Below are positions 17,273 through 26,674 of a DNA stretch of 48,448 nucleotides, piece by piece. Below the pieces are notes generated by a model. It ran no database searches. It had not been told where the DNA came from and saw only the letters and a list, made by a program, of their open reading frames with translations. The stretch lies in contig JAYSPJ010000186.1 of the NCBI GenBank assembly GCA_043722155.1, forward strand, positions 1 to 48,448, written 5' to 3'. Position 1 is the first letter of the stretch. Every line of letters begins with the position of its first letter. A program made the position numbers and the translations under genes. This DNA comes from Bradyrhizobium sp. Its GTDB lineage: Bacteria; Pseudomonadota; Alphaproteobacteria; Rhizobiales; Xanthobacteraceae.

Positions 17273-18160
17273 GTGGAACTGGGGCTATTGCTGGCGCTCG
17301 CGACGCTGTGGGGCGCCTCCTATACATTCATCAAACTCGGCGTGGCGACGATTCCGCCTGTTACCCTGATCGCGGCGCGCACCCTGATCGCCGGGCTGTT
17401 GCTGGTTGCGATCATGCACGGGCGCGGTCTGCGGCTGCCGTCGGACGCCGCGACCTGGCGGCGCTTCTTGTTCCAGGCCTGCCTCAACAGCGTGATCCCC
17501 TGGACCATGCTGGCCTGGAGCGTGCGCTCGCTCGACGCCGGGCTCGCCGCCATTCTCAGCTCCACGGCCCCGATCTTCACCTTCTTCCTGACCCTCGCGA
17601 TCACCCGCCATGAGGCGCTGACGCCGCGAAAACTGCTCGGCGTGTGCGCAGGCTTGGCCGGCGTCTGTCTGATTGTCGGCGTGCAGGCGCTCGGCGGATT
17701 GGGCGAGCAACTGGTCGCGCAAGTGGTGGCCGTGCTGGCAGCCATCTGCTACGCGGGCGCCGCGATCTCCGGCCGCGGCTTCAAAGGCCTCGTTTCGATG
17801 GTGCCGGCCGCCGGCTCGCTGCTGTGCGGCGCGGCGATCCTGATCCCGGTCAGCCTCGTGGTCTACCGGCCATGGACACTGGCGCCGTCGGCAAGTTCGA
17901 TGCTGGCGCTGCTCGCGCTGGCGGTGTTCTCCACGGCGGTCGCCTTCGTGATCTATTTTCGCCTGATCCAGACGCTGGGCTCGGTCGGCACCACAGCGCA
18001 GGCCTATTTGCGGGTGCCGATCGGCGTCGCGGTCGGTGTGCTGTTTCTCGGCGAGAGCCTGTCGGCGACGGCGTGGATCGGCCTCGGCTGCGTCGTGCTG
18101 GGCGTCGCCGCGATGACCATCCCGGCGCGGAAGAGGGCGGTGGTCGGCGTGTCGTCGTGA
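17273..18160 (+). CDS. DMT/EamA family transporter
   Basis: LWGASYTFIK, PPVTLIAAR, two EamA repeats, LFLGE; about 10 TM segments; start uncertain. Confidence 0.9.
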   Translation: MELGLLLALATLWGASYTFIKLGVATIPPVTLIAARTLIAGLLLVAIMHGRGLRLPSDAATWRRFLFQACLNSVIPWTMLAWSVRSLDAGLAAILSSTAPIFTFFLTLAITRHEALTPRKLLGVCAGLAGVCLIVGVQALGGLGEQLVAQVVAVLAAICYAGAAISGRGFKGLVSMVPAAGSLLCGAAILIPVSLVVYRPWTLAPSASSMLALLALAVFSTAVAFVIYFRLIQTLGSVGTTAQAYLRVPIGVAVGVLFLGESLSATAWIGLGCVVLGVAAMTIPARKRAVVGVSS

Positions 18161-18174
18161 CGGTTCTGTGACTA

Positions 18175-18780
18175 CCCGACGGGCAAATCAGTGCGACGGG
18201 CGCGGTGGCCCTGTCGAGTCGTTTTTTCTGTTTTTCCGAAAATATTCTCCTTCGCGCCCGACCCAAATCAAATCTATATCCATTGACGTCCCGGCCCTCT
18301 CAGAGGGGCGTATCATGATCGTCACGAACGTTGGGCATGGGATGCGGTGGACGCGGCAGCGTCGGGCGCGCAGGTGGTGGCAGGGCGGATCAACTCCGTG
18401 AGCGACCGGACGGCGTGCTGACGAACGGCGTTGAAGCGTACGGCGAAGTCGTGTGGTCCTGACGCCTCAGTGGTTGGCGTCAAGTCTTTCGGAGGTGCGG
18501 AAAGCCCGACCGGGCCAACGTGCCAGATTCCGGGAGGCGACGGAGGCAAGAAAGCCCGATACTCCGGGGAGAGCGCGCTATAAGCCGTAAAGCCATTGCG
18601 CAGGGAAGGCCGGAGTGTCTCCGCTGAACCTGTATGCTCGTGTGCGGTACTTTGCACAATTTTGCACACGAGACCGCGGGTGCAGCGCGCACCCGGTCTT
18701 CCCTGCGCCCTCTTCATGGAGAGGGCGGGAGATGATTGGCAAAGCTCGGGCGAAACGCGCCGCGAGATCGCGAAATTGTG
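18175..18780. repeat. About 600-bp structured non-coding element resembling a dispersed Bradyrhizobium repeat
   Basis: Begins ccgacgggcaaatca; multiple hairpins; 16-bp long-range helix 18598-18613/18693-18708; overlapping ORFs look non-coding; multicopy status is recalled, only one copy is in this window. Confidence 0.7.
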
Positions 18781-18981
18781 TTTGGGAACACGCGCTGTCG
18801 GAAATTTGAAACCGAAACTTGTAGCCCGGGTAGTGCCCTTGCGTTCGCGCGACCGTTCGCTCGCACCGACGGTCTTGCCGTCGGCAGCCTTGCCGGGGCC
18901 CGTCATAACCGGCATCCTGCCGGGAAATCCGGAAAATGCTTTCCGGCGCGCGAAAAAAACGATCAGGGCAGGACACTCGAC

Positions 18982-19959
18982 ATGAAGATGTGGCGTATCG
19001 GCGTAACTATCGCAGCGTGGCTGGCCCTTTGTGCAGCACCCAATGCCGGACACGCGCAAGGAGACTTTCCCAACCGGCCGGTCCGCATCGTGATTCCCTA
19101 TTCCCCGGGAAGCGTGGCCGATGTGTTCGCGCGCATCGTCGCGCAGAACATGGCGACGCAATGGAACGGCTCGATCGTCGTCGAATCGAAATCCGGCGCC
19201 AATGGCTCGATCGCTGCCGAGGAAGTCGCGCGCGCGGCGCCGGACGGCTACACGTGGCTATTGGTGACGACGTTCTTTACCGCGAGCCCGGCGCTCGATC
19301 CCAGGCTGCGCTGGGATCCGGTGCGCGACTATGTCTCTATCGGGCAGATCTGCCGGGCGCCGAATTTCTTCATCGTCCCGGTTTCCTTGCCGGTGAAGAC
19401 CGTGGCCGAATATGTGGCGCTGGCGAAGGCAAAACCGGGCACCCTGAACTACAGCCATCCCGGCAAGGGCTCGACCGGGCATCTCGGCTTCGAACTGTTC
19501 AAGCGGTTGGCCGGGATCGACGTCACCGCGGTCGGCTATCGCGGCTACCCGCAGATGGTGCCGGATATCGCCAGTGGCCTGATCAATTCGACGTTTCTTT
19601 CCGCCAACCAGGCGCTGGCGCAGGTGCAGTCGGGCTCGATCAGGGTGATCGCCGCCATCAACGACGGCCGCTCGAAATACTTCCCCGATGCGCCGACCAT
19701 GGCGGAGCAGGGTTTTGCCGAGGCGCAGGTGACGCCATGGTTCGGCGTGGTGGCGCCGGCCGGCACGCCGCAGCCGGTCGTCGAACGCATCAGCAAGGCG
19801 CTGGAATCGGCGCTAGCGACCCCGGAGGTTCGCGAGAAACTCGACATCGCCGGGTGCGAACCGAAGAGCGCGCCGCTGGCGCAGTTCGCCGACATCATCA
19901 AAAACGACGTCGCGGTATGGGCGAAGGTGGTCAAGGAGGCCGGCATCACAACGGATTGA
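18982..19959 (+). CDS. Bug/TctC family substrate-binding protein
   Basis: Signal peptide; FPNRPVRIVIPYSPGSVAD, KSGANGSIA, APDGYT, WFGVVAPAGTP. Confidence 0.92.
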   Translation: MKMWRIGVTIAAWLALCAAPNAGHAQGDFPNRPVRIVIPYSPGSVADVFARIVAQNMATQWNGSIVVESKSGANGSIAAEEVARAAPDGYTWLLVTTFFTASPALDPRLRWDPVRDYVSIGQICRAPNFFIVPVSLPVKTVAEYVALAKAKPGTLNYSHPGKGSTGHLGFELFKRLAGIDVTAVGYRGYPQMVPDIASGLINSTFLSANQALAQVQSGSIRVIAAINDGRSKYFPDAPTMAEQGFAEAQVTPWFGVVAPAGTPQPVVERISKALESALATPEVREKLDIAGCEPKSAPLAQFADIIKNDVAVWAKVVKEAGITTD

Positions 19960-20103
19960 GCCGAAAATGGCCAATGAGGCGGGCCGCCGCCCGGTCTGAC
20001 CGGGGGGGCGGACGGGTGGCCATGCAGCGGATTCGAGCAGGTTCTCCCTGGCTTCTAATACATCGTATATATTACGGCTGATTGGAGCCCGGTCCCAATA
20101 ACC

Positions 20104-22776
20104 ATGCCTTCTGAAGCGCAGCAAAGGTCACCGTCGTTCTCGCTCTCGATCGGTCAGCTGACATTCGGCAGCTTCCTGCTGGTGTTGGCCGTGATCACGA
20201 CCACCAGCATTGCCAGCGTCCTGGCCGTCCGCCATATCGATTCGACGTTCGCCGAACTGCAGCGGCTGCAGAGTGTCGGCGACCTCGCCGAGGATATCGA
20301 CCGGCGGATGAACGAGTTGCGGCTTGCGGCGCGCGACTTCGTGACCGATCCGGGTACCCAAGCCAACCAGATCGAGGACGCCGTCGCTTCGTTGAGCGAA
20401 ATTCTGAAGAAGACCCGGCTCGAACTCGCGCCCGAGCAGCAGGACATGATCGACGGCGTCACCGCGCGATTGTCGACCTACAACGGCGGCATCGAGCGCA
20501 TTTCATCGCTGATCAACCGCCGCGCCGAACTGATCATCGGCTTGCCGCCGCTACGCGAAAAATTCGACACGGCCATTGCCGATACGCCGGATCCGATAAT
20601 CTCCTCGACCTTGTTTCAGACCCAAAGCCGCATCGCCTCCGCGCTGCTGGCGCGCAATCCATCGGCCGCCGAGCAGGCCGCGCAAAGCATGCGATCGCTG
20701 GCGATATTGGATCCGAAACTCCGCACCGCCGTCGACAATTATGCCGATGCGATCATCGCGATCTCGATCCGCGAACGCCAGATCGCGGATATCGACAAGG
20801 AGGTGCTGGGCTCCGAGGGACGCCTGATCCAGCGCGTTACAGAACTCCTGCGCGAAGTCAGCGCACGTCGCCGCCACGTGCTGTCGCGCGATTTCGCGAG
20901 GACGCTGGCTGAAGCCAAATGGCAAAGCATCGTGCTCGGCACCGCCGGCGTCCTGATTGGACTGTGGGCGGCGATGTTCGTGGTGCGGCGGACGGTCCGT
21001 CCGCTGGCCTCGATCGCGACCTCGATCCGTGCGCTGGCGGCAGGCAGGAAGGACACCTCGATTCCCGCCACCGATGTGAGCAACGAGATCGGCGATATCG
21101 CGCGGGCCGCCGAAGTGTTCCGCCGCACCCTGGTCGAGGCCGACGCGGCGCGCGAGGCGGCGGTCCACGCGTTGGCCGAGCAGCGGCTGGCCGAGGAAAG
21201 CTACCGCAAGCTGTTCGAGGGTTCGGTCGACGGGATCTACGTGACGACGCCGGGCGGCGCGCTTCTCAACGCCAACCCGGCGCTGGCGCGGATGATGGGT
21301 TACGACACGCCGCAGGGCCTGATCGACGGCATCGGCGACGTCGCCGATCAGATCTACGTCCATCCGCAGGCGCGCGTCGAATATCAGAAGCTGATGCAGC
21401 GCGACGGCATGGTTCGCGAGTTCGAGTATCAGGTTCGCGCCCGCGACGGCGGGGTGCTCTGGCTCTCCGACAGCGCGACCGTCGCCCGCGACGAGAGCGG
21501 CGAGATCGTGCGCTATGAGGGAACGGTGCGCGACATCACCGATCAGAAGCGCGCCGAGGACGCGATCGCCGAAGGCCGGCGCCTGCTGCAGCAGGTCATC
21601 GACACCGTGCCCGCGGTGATCAACGTCAAGGACAAGCAGCTGCGCTATGTCCTGATGAACCGCTACATGGCCGGCATCTTCGGCGTCGAACCGGCGGAGG
21701 CGATCGGCCGTACCACCACCGATTTGATGTCGCGCTACGGCGCGGAAAAGACCGACGAGAACGACAAGCGGGTGCTGGAGGCGGGCAGGGAGCTCGGATT
21801 TTACGAGGAGGAGTACAAGGATTCCTCAGGCAACATGCGGCAATGGCTGGTCAACAAGCTGCCGCTGCTGGATGCCGAAGGCGAGATCGAGAACATCGTC
21901 ACCGTCGCGCTCGACATCGGAGAGCGCAAGCGCGGCGAACTGGAGATGCGCAAGGCCAAGGACGCCGCCGAAGCGGCGTTGCGCAATTTGCGCGAGACCC
22001 AGAATTCGCTGATCGAGGCGGAAAAGCTCGCCGCTCTCGGGCGGTTGGTGGCGGGGGTCGCCCACGAGGTCAACAACCCCGTCGGCATCAGCCTGACGGT
22101 CGCCTCGTCGCTGGAGCGCAAGACCGCGTTGTTCTCCGCCGAAGTCGCGCGCGGCGATCTCAAGCGATCGAGCCTGACGGAGTTCCTCGAGACCAGCCGC
22201 GATGCGTCCTCGCAGCTGGTGGCCAATCTCAACCGTGCGGCCGAACTGATCACCTCGTTCAAACAGGTCGCCGCCGACCGCAATTACTCGGATCAGCGCA
22301 CGTTCGACCTCGGCGATCTCACCGAGCAGGTGGTGATGAGCCTGCGGCCGGGTCTGCGGAAGCACAATCTGACGCTGAACGTCGACTGCCAGCCCAATCT
22401 CACCATGAACTCCTATCCGGGACCCTATGGCCAGGTGCTCACCAACCTGTTTCTCAATTCGGTGGCGCACGCCTTTCCGGGCGGCAGGACCGGCGCGGTC
22501 GACATCCGGGTGCGGGAGTCCGGCAAGGACAATGTCGAGATCCTGTTTTCCGACAATGGCTGCGGCATGAGCCTCGACGTCCGGCGCCGGGCGTTCGATC
22601 CGTTCTTCACCACCCGACGCGACCAGGGCGGCACCGGGCTCGGCCTGCATATCGTCTACAGCATCGTCACCAACCGGCTGGGCGGCCGGCTCGACCTCGA
22701 TTCCGAGCCCGGCGGCGGCACCAGGATCCAGATCATCCTGCCCCGGGTCGCCCCGCTGGAGCAGGCCGCGGAGTAG
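20104..22776 (+). CDS. Membrane sensor histidine kinase with HAMP and two PAS domains
   Basis: 2 TM segments, HAMP (NEIGDIARA), PAS/PAC, H-box AHEVNNP, N-box NLFLNS, DNGCG, FDPFFTT, GGTGLGL. Confidence 0.93.
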   Translation: MPSEAQQRSPSFSLSIGQLTFGSFLLVLAVITTTSIASVLAVRHIDSTFAELQRLQSVGDLAEDIDRRMNELRLAARDFVTDPGTQANQIEDAVASLSEILKKTRLELAPEQQDMIDGVTARLSTYNGGIERISSLINRRAELIIGLPPLREKFDTAIADTPDPIISSTLFQTQSRIASALLARNPSAAEQAAQSMRSLAILDPKLRTAVDNYADAIIAISIRERQIADIDKEVLGSEGRLIQRVTELLREVSARRRHVLSRDFARTLAEAKWQSIVLGTAGVLIGLWAAMFVVRRTVRPLASIATSIRALAAGRKDTSIPATDVSNEIGDIARAAEVFRRTLVEADAAREAAVHALAEQRLAEESYRKLFEGSVDGIYVTTPGGALLNANPALARMMGYDTPQGLIDGIGDVADQIYVHPQARVEYQKLMQRDGMVREFEYQVRARDGGVLWLSDSATVARDESGEIVRYEGTVRDITDQKRAEDAIAEGRRLLQQVIDTVPAVINVKDKQLRYVLMNRYMAGIFGVEPAEAIGRTTTDLMSRYGAEKTDENDKRVLEAGRELGFYEEEYKDSSGNMRQWLVNKLPLLDAEGEIENIVTVALDIGERKRGELEMRKAKDAAEAALRNLRETQNSLIEAEKLAALGRLVAGVAHEVNNPVGISLTVASSLERKTALFSAEVARGDLKRSSLTEFLETSRDASSQLVANLNRAAELITSFKQVAADRNYSDQRTFDLGDLTEQVVMSLRPGLRKHNLTLNVDCQPNLTMNSYPGPYGQVLTNLFLNSVAHAFPGGRTGAVDIRVRESGKDNVEILFSDNGCGMSLDVRRRAFDPFFTTRRDQGGTGLGLHIVYSIVTNRLGGRLDLDSEPGGGTRIQIILPRVAPLEQAAE

Positions 22777-22784
22777 CCTTGGCC

Positions 22785-24329
22785 TTATCGCATCATCTTG
22801 AGACCACCTGTCCGAGCCTCACCGGACGATCCGCGGAACTGGGACGACGTCGCAAATCGCTGGCTGGTGCCGGCCTTGGCGACACCTGCCGGCCTGCGCT
22901 GGACGTCAACCAGCGGAGGGGATTTCGAAGTCTGCTTCCCGTCCTGGGTCAGCTTGCCATCCAGCTTGAGTACCGGCCGCTCGGCAATCTTGCCAACCTT
23001 GCTGACGGGCAGGCTGACGATCTTGCCGGTGTCGGCGCCGGCATTCTCCGAAGCAGGGTTGGCGCCGGGAGAGGGCAAGGTGACGATCTTGCCGCCGCCT
23101 TGCTGCAGGCCCTGCACGCTGGCGACATGGTCCTTTGCGATACCAAGGCCGCCTGTTTTGACCGAAGGCGCCGCGAGGATCCGGGCCGGCTGCGACAGCG
23201 GAATAACTTTAGGCTGCTCTGCCATCTTCAGGGCGCTGTGGGCAAAGGGGCTGTTCGAAAATTTCTCATAGAACGATTTGTACGCGACGGCAGAATTCGC
23301 CTGTACCGCAATCTGCCAGGCTTTCGCCTGCATCAGGTTGCCCAGCAAGATGCGGATGCGGTCGCTCATCGGATCGTACGGGTAGATCCGGATGAATTCC
23401 TGATAATTCTCGATGGAATTTTCCGCCAGCACGTAGTCATAGGCCTCGCGCGGGGAACGCGACGGAAGATCGCTTGCAGCACGCGCCATTTTCACCTGTG
23501 CCGGCACGCGGGTTGCTGCGACGGCGGTATCGCCGAAGAAATAGAAATCGCTGGTCAGCGACGAGCTTTCCCAGGGAGTCTGTTGCCCGTCGGTTGAACT
23601 GCCGACGTCGAGGCGGATGCGCTTGAACAGCTGCTCGATCGGGAGATTTTTCTCGTTCGCCAGCCGCAGGAACGCCGCGGTATACGGACTATGCTCGCCG
23701 GTGCCATCGAGCGCTTCGGTGCCCGGTGCCGTCGAATAGGCGACGATCGAACCCTTCGGCGCGTCGACGATGGCGAGCCCGCGTCCGGCGTCGTTGATCG
23801 AGGGAAACGGATTGTTGCGGCAGGCATCGAGAATGACGATTCGCACCCGACTCGGAATCGACTCAAGCGTCGCCATCACGTCGACGAGCCGGAGCGAACC
23901 GTTGACCAGGTCAGACTCGGAAGAAATCCTGGCGTCGACCGGTACGAGATAATTTTCGCCGGCAAGCTGCACGCCGTGGCCGGCATAATACACCATCGCC
24001 ACCGTATTCGGGCCGCGGCCGGCGATCTTGCCGGAAAACGCCTGCACCGCCTGGATCATCTGGTTGTGGCTGAGGTCGGTCGCGGAAATCACCTCGAAGC
24101 CGGCGGAGTTGAGCAGTTGCGCGACCGCCCTGGTATCGTTGCCGGGATTGGAGAGCTGGCCCGTGTTCTGATATTTCGAATTGCCGATCACCAGCGCGAT
24201 GCGCTGTTCCGGACCGGTTAGCGCGACGGAGGCACCTGTCACATTCTGGGCATGTGCGACCCCAAGCAGACCGGCGAGGAGACCGGCCACGAGGCATGCG
24301 CCCATTAAAGTCCGTTTGAAAAGCTGCAT
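22785..24329 (-). CDS. Caspase family (peptidase C14) protein with signal peptide
   Basis: ALVIGNSKY, YYAGHG, ILDACR catalytic dyad, YSTAPG, QTPW; N-terminal signal ending AHA. Confidence 0.92.
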   Translation of the reverse strand: MQLFKRTLMGACLVAGLLAGLLGVAHAQNVTGASVALTGPEQRIALVIGNSKYQNTGQLSNPGNDTRAVAQLLNSAGFEVISATDLSHNQMIQAVQAFSGKIAGRGPNTVAMVYYAGHGVQLAGENYLVPVDARISSESDLVNGSLRLVDVMATLESIPSRVRIVILDACRNNPFPSINDAGRGLAIVDAPKGSIVAYSTAPGTEALDGTGEHSPYTAAFLRLANEKNLPIEQLFKRIRLDVGSSTDGQQTPWESSSLTSDFYFFGDTAVAATRVPAQVKMARAASDLPSRSPREAYDYVLAENSIENYQEFIRIYPYDPMSDRIRILLGNLMQAKAWQIAVQANSAVAYKSFYEKFSNSPFAHSALKMAEQPKVIPLSQPARILAAPSVKTGGLGIAKDHVASVQGLQQGGGKIVTLPSPGANPASENAGADTGKIVSLPVSKVGKIAERPVLKLDGKLTQDGKQTSKSPPLVDVQRRPAGVAKAGTSQRFATSSQFRGSSGEARTGGLKMMR

Positions 24330-24458
24330 GGCATTCTCCCACAGGAAATCTCGACATGAGATCGATTGCGGGAAAAATAGGGGGAGGGCGTGTCGGCGTA
24401 TGTGATCCTGGTCACGGCCAGACGATGGCCGCCGGAAACCCGAAATAACAGGCGCGGG

Positions 24459-24806
24459 CTAGTCGACGTCGGCGAGCTTGTGCAGTGTGGCGCCGAAAAT
24501 CTGGCTGGCTTTTCCGACCAGTGCCGTTCCATTCATGACGCCCCTGGTATCGGTGAAAGTGCCGGAGACGCCGATACCGACCGGATTGGGCCCGCCGAAC
24601 AGCGGATTGGCATCGGGGCTGGAGGTGTGGCGCTGGACCAGGACTTCGCCCTTGAAGGTATCGTCCTTGACCGTGTAGCTGCCGGTGTAAAACAGATAGG
24701 CATCGCCGCCGTGAATCTGGCCATCCCGGAACATGATCACGCCGCTGCCCTTGCCCGAACGGCCATCCTGCAGGCTGACGTGGATCGAATACAGACCGTT
24801 CTTCAT
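24459..24806 (-). CDS. GrlR-like beta-barrel protein
   Basis: MKNGLYSI..., GSGVIMFRDGQIHGGD, YTGSY pattern. Confidence 0.75.
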   Translation of the reverse strand: MKNGLYSIHVSLQDGRSGKGSGVIMFRDGQIHGGDAYLFYTGSYTVKDDTFKGEVLVQRHTSSPDANPLFGGPNPVGIGVSGTFTDTRGVMNGTALVGKASQIFGATLHKLADVD

Positions 24807-24986
24807 GATGCCCCGATGCCAGCGTCCGTAGCCTCCGGAAGACGACAGCCCGTTATGCCAAAGCAGGGCACGCAGCGTCAACGCGGCAGCTTGACCACGG
24901 CCCGCGATCACTCAGGACGATCCCTCGCTTTCTGCCAGCCTGGCGACGCCCGGACGAACGACCACCGCCTTCGCGGCGCGCGGCCC

Positions 24987-25370
24987 TCACGTGTATTTCG
25001 GGTCGCGCTCCAACAGCTCGATCGAGATGCCCTGCGGACCGCGGATGAAGCAGATGCGGACGCCCGGCCGGAGCGTCGTCGGCTCCTTGGTGAATTCGAC
25101 ACCCTTGGCCTTGATCTCGGCGGCCACCGCATCGATGTCCTTCACCGCCAGCCCGAAATGGTCGAGCCCCTGATAGGGCGTCACCGGTGGGGTATTCACG
25201 CCATCGCCCGCCGTCACCGGTGCGATGAATATGTTGGCGCCGCCGAGCTTGACGTCGATCCGACCGGGACCGCGGATGATGATGCCGCCGAGAATGTCTT
25301 CGAGCCAGGCCGCGGTGGCCTCGGGATCCGGACTGCGCAAATGGACATGATCCCAGGTGACGATCGGCAT
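24987..25370 (-). CDS. VOC/glyoxalase family protein
   Basis: DHVHL, GLDHFGLAVKD, CFIRGPQGISIELLE; GGGGAG RBS. Confidence 0.9.
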   Translation of the reverse strand: MPIVTWDHVHLRSPDPEATAAWLEDILGGIIIRGPGRIDVKLGGANIFIAPVTAGDGVNTPPVTPYQGLDHFGLAVKDIDAVAAEIKAKGVEFTKEPTTLRPGVRICFIRGPQGISIELLERDPKYT

Positions 25371-25921
25371 CGTTGCTCCCCCTTGATTTTGCGCGCCGTC
25401 GCTGGCGCGGTGCGTTGGCCGCGGCATGAGGCGGCGCCGTCAATTTTAGGCGCCGCATGCAGGCAACGCCATCCCCCCGAACCACACCCGAGCCGGCGGC
25501 GGCGATGGATTCCAATAATGACACAATTGGATGGAACGATCGCCTTGGTTCGAGTCTTGATGGAAACGCGGCGAAGCTTGCAATCGTGCGCACCGCCTTA
25601 TTGCTGTGCGGCGCAGCAGGCAACATCCGTTCGCCGCCTGTCGATGGCATGACGATGGACCGTGGGCTGTATCGCATCGAGGTGACCGGGCTCGCCCGGC
25701 TGGCGAGACTTGCCGGGCTGGCAACGCTTCGTCGGCTGGGCCGTGATCTTTCAGGTCGGCCTGCGACCGCGCCGGCCACCACCTCCATGCCAGGATTTGT
25801 CGGGCTGCTGGCCATCCTGATGGCCGGGCTGGGAGCAGGCCAGCCGCAACTAATCTCCGTTCACGAATAGTTAACCGCCAACGAAAAGTGAAGTCCGCGG
25901 TTGAACCGTGCGGGCGGGCGA

Positions 25922-25946
25922 GGAACTAAATGCATGATCACCAGTT
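25922..25946 (+). promoter_or_regulatory. Putative EcfG/sigmaT general-stress promoter
   Basis: GGAAC-N17-GTT ending 45 nt before the ATG at 25991. Confidence 0.5.
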
Positions 25947-25990
25947 GAACGAACGATCCGTGCGGCCCGCGCGGATGGAGCGGTCACGAA

Positions 25991-26416
25991 ATGCCGATAG
26001 CGCGATATTTCTTCTATGTCGGCGGAGTGCTGCTGGCGCTGCTGTTCGGGGTGGATGCCCTTGTGCCGAAGCAGCCGGTGGTGAGTTCCATCGCCGCCGC
26101 CGCGCCTGTGGAGAATGCCACCCTCAGGATCCGCTCTGACCGGAAATGGCCCGAGCGCGTCGTGTACGATACCAGCCTTCCCACCATCGTTCCTCCGGAA
26201 GTCGAGATGGCTGCCGCCGTTCCGGCGCCGATTGCGGAAATGCCGGCGAAGGCGCGGGTGCGGGAATCATTTGCGCAGTTCAGGCCGGCCGATGACCCAA
26301 AGCCCGAGGCCAAGCCGCTTCCGAAACGCAAGGTGGCCAAGGCCCGGGCGGCCCCGCCGATGATGCGCGTCGCGCAGCAGCCGAATTTCGGCTTTTTCGC
26401 CAATAACATCTGGTGA
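25991..26416 (+). CDS. Hypothetical exported/membrane-anchored protein
   Basis: GGAG RBS; N-terminal TM RYFFYVGGVLLALLF; IRSDRKWPERVVYDTS motif; Pro/Ala/Lys-rich tail. Confidence 0.8.
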   Translation: MPIARYFFYVGGVLLALLFGVDALVPKQPVVSSIAAAAPVENATLRIRSDRKWPERVVYDTSLPTIVPPEVEMAAAVPAPIAEMPAKARVRESFAQFRPADDPKPEAKPLPKRKVAKARAAPPMMRVAQQPNFGFFANNIW

Positions 26417-26447
26417 GCCTTGAGCCCATGAAGGGTTCAGGCTCAGC

Positions 26448-26476
26448 TGGCGCGCTCGGATAGGTTTGAACTCCCG
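26448..26476 (-). repeat. Degenerate duplicate of the tRNA-Arg 3' end (att-like site)
   Basis: tggcgcgctcggataggtttgaactcccg versus tggcgcgctcggagagattcgaactcccg at 29546-29574: 26/29 identical, same orientation. Confidence 0.85.
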
Positions 26477-26674
26477 CCCCCCACGCTCCGCGAGGAGGCT
26501 AACGGTACCGCTATTCGCTGCGGCCGTACGGACCGCCCGGCGGCGCGGGCTATTGCGGATCAATGTCAGACATGGGCAAGACATCAGGGGCTGAGGTCGG
26601 CGACGCAGCCGGATTCGCCAATTCCGCCCACTCTGGCAAGAACGGGGAGTGCGCCAGAGCCGGCGCGCCGTAAT

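Noticed and set aside
18322-19161. ORFs overlapping the 600-bp element (279, 129 and 132 aa) and the extended start of the Bug gene at 18736
   Set aside because: They lie over a structured repeat with no protein motifs; the Bug signal peptide starts at 18982
25457-25870. 137-aa ORF between the VOC gene and the 25991 gene
   Set aside because: No recognisable family, weak start signals and competing frames; it could be a real or decayed gene but I cannot support it
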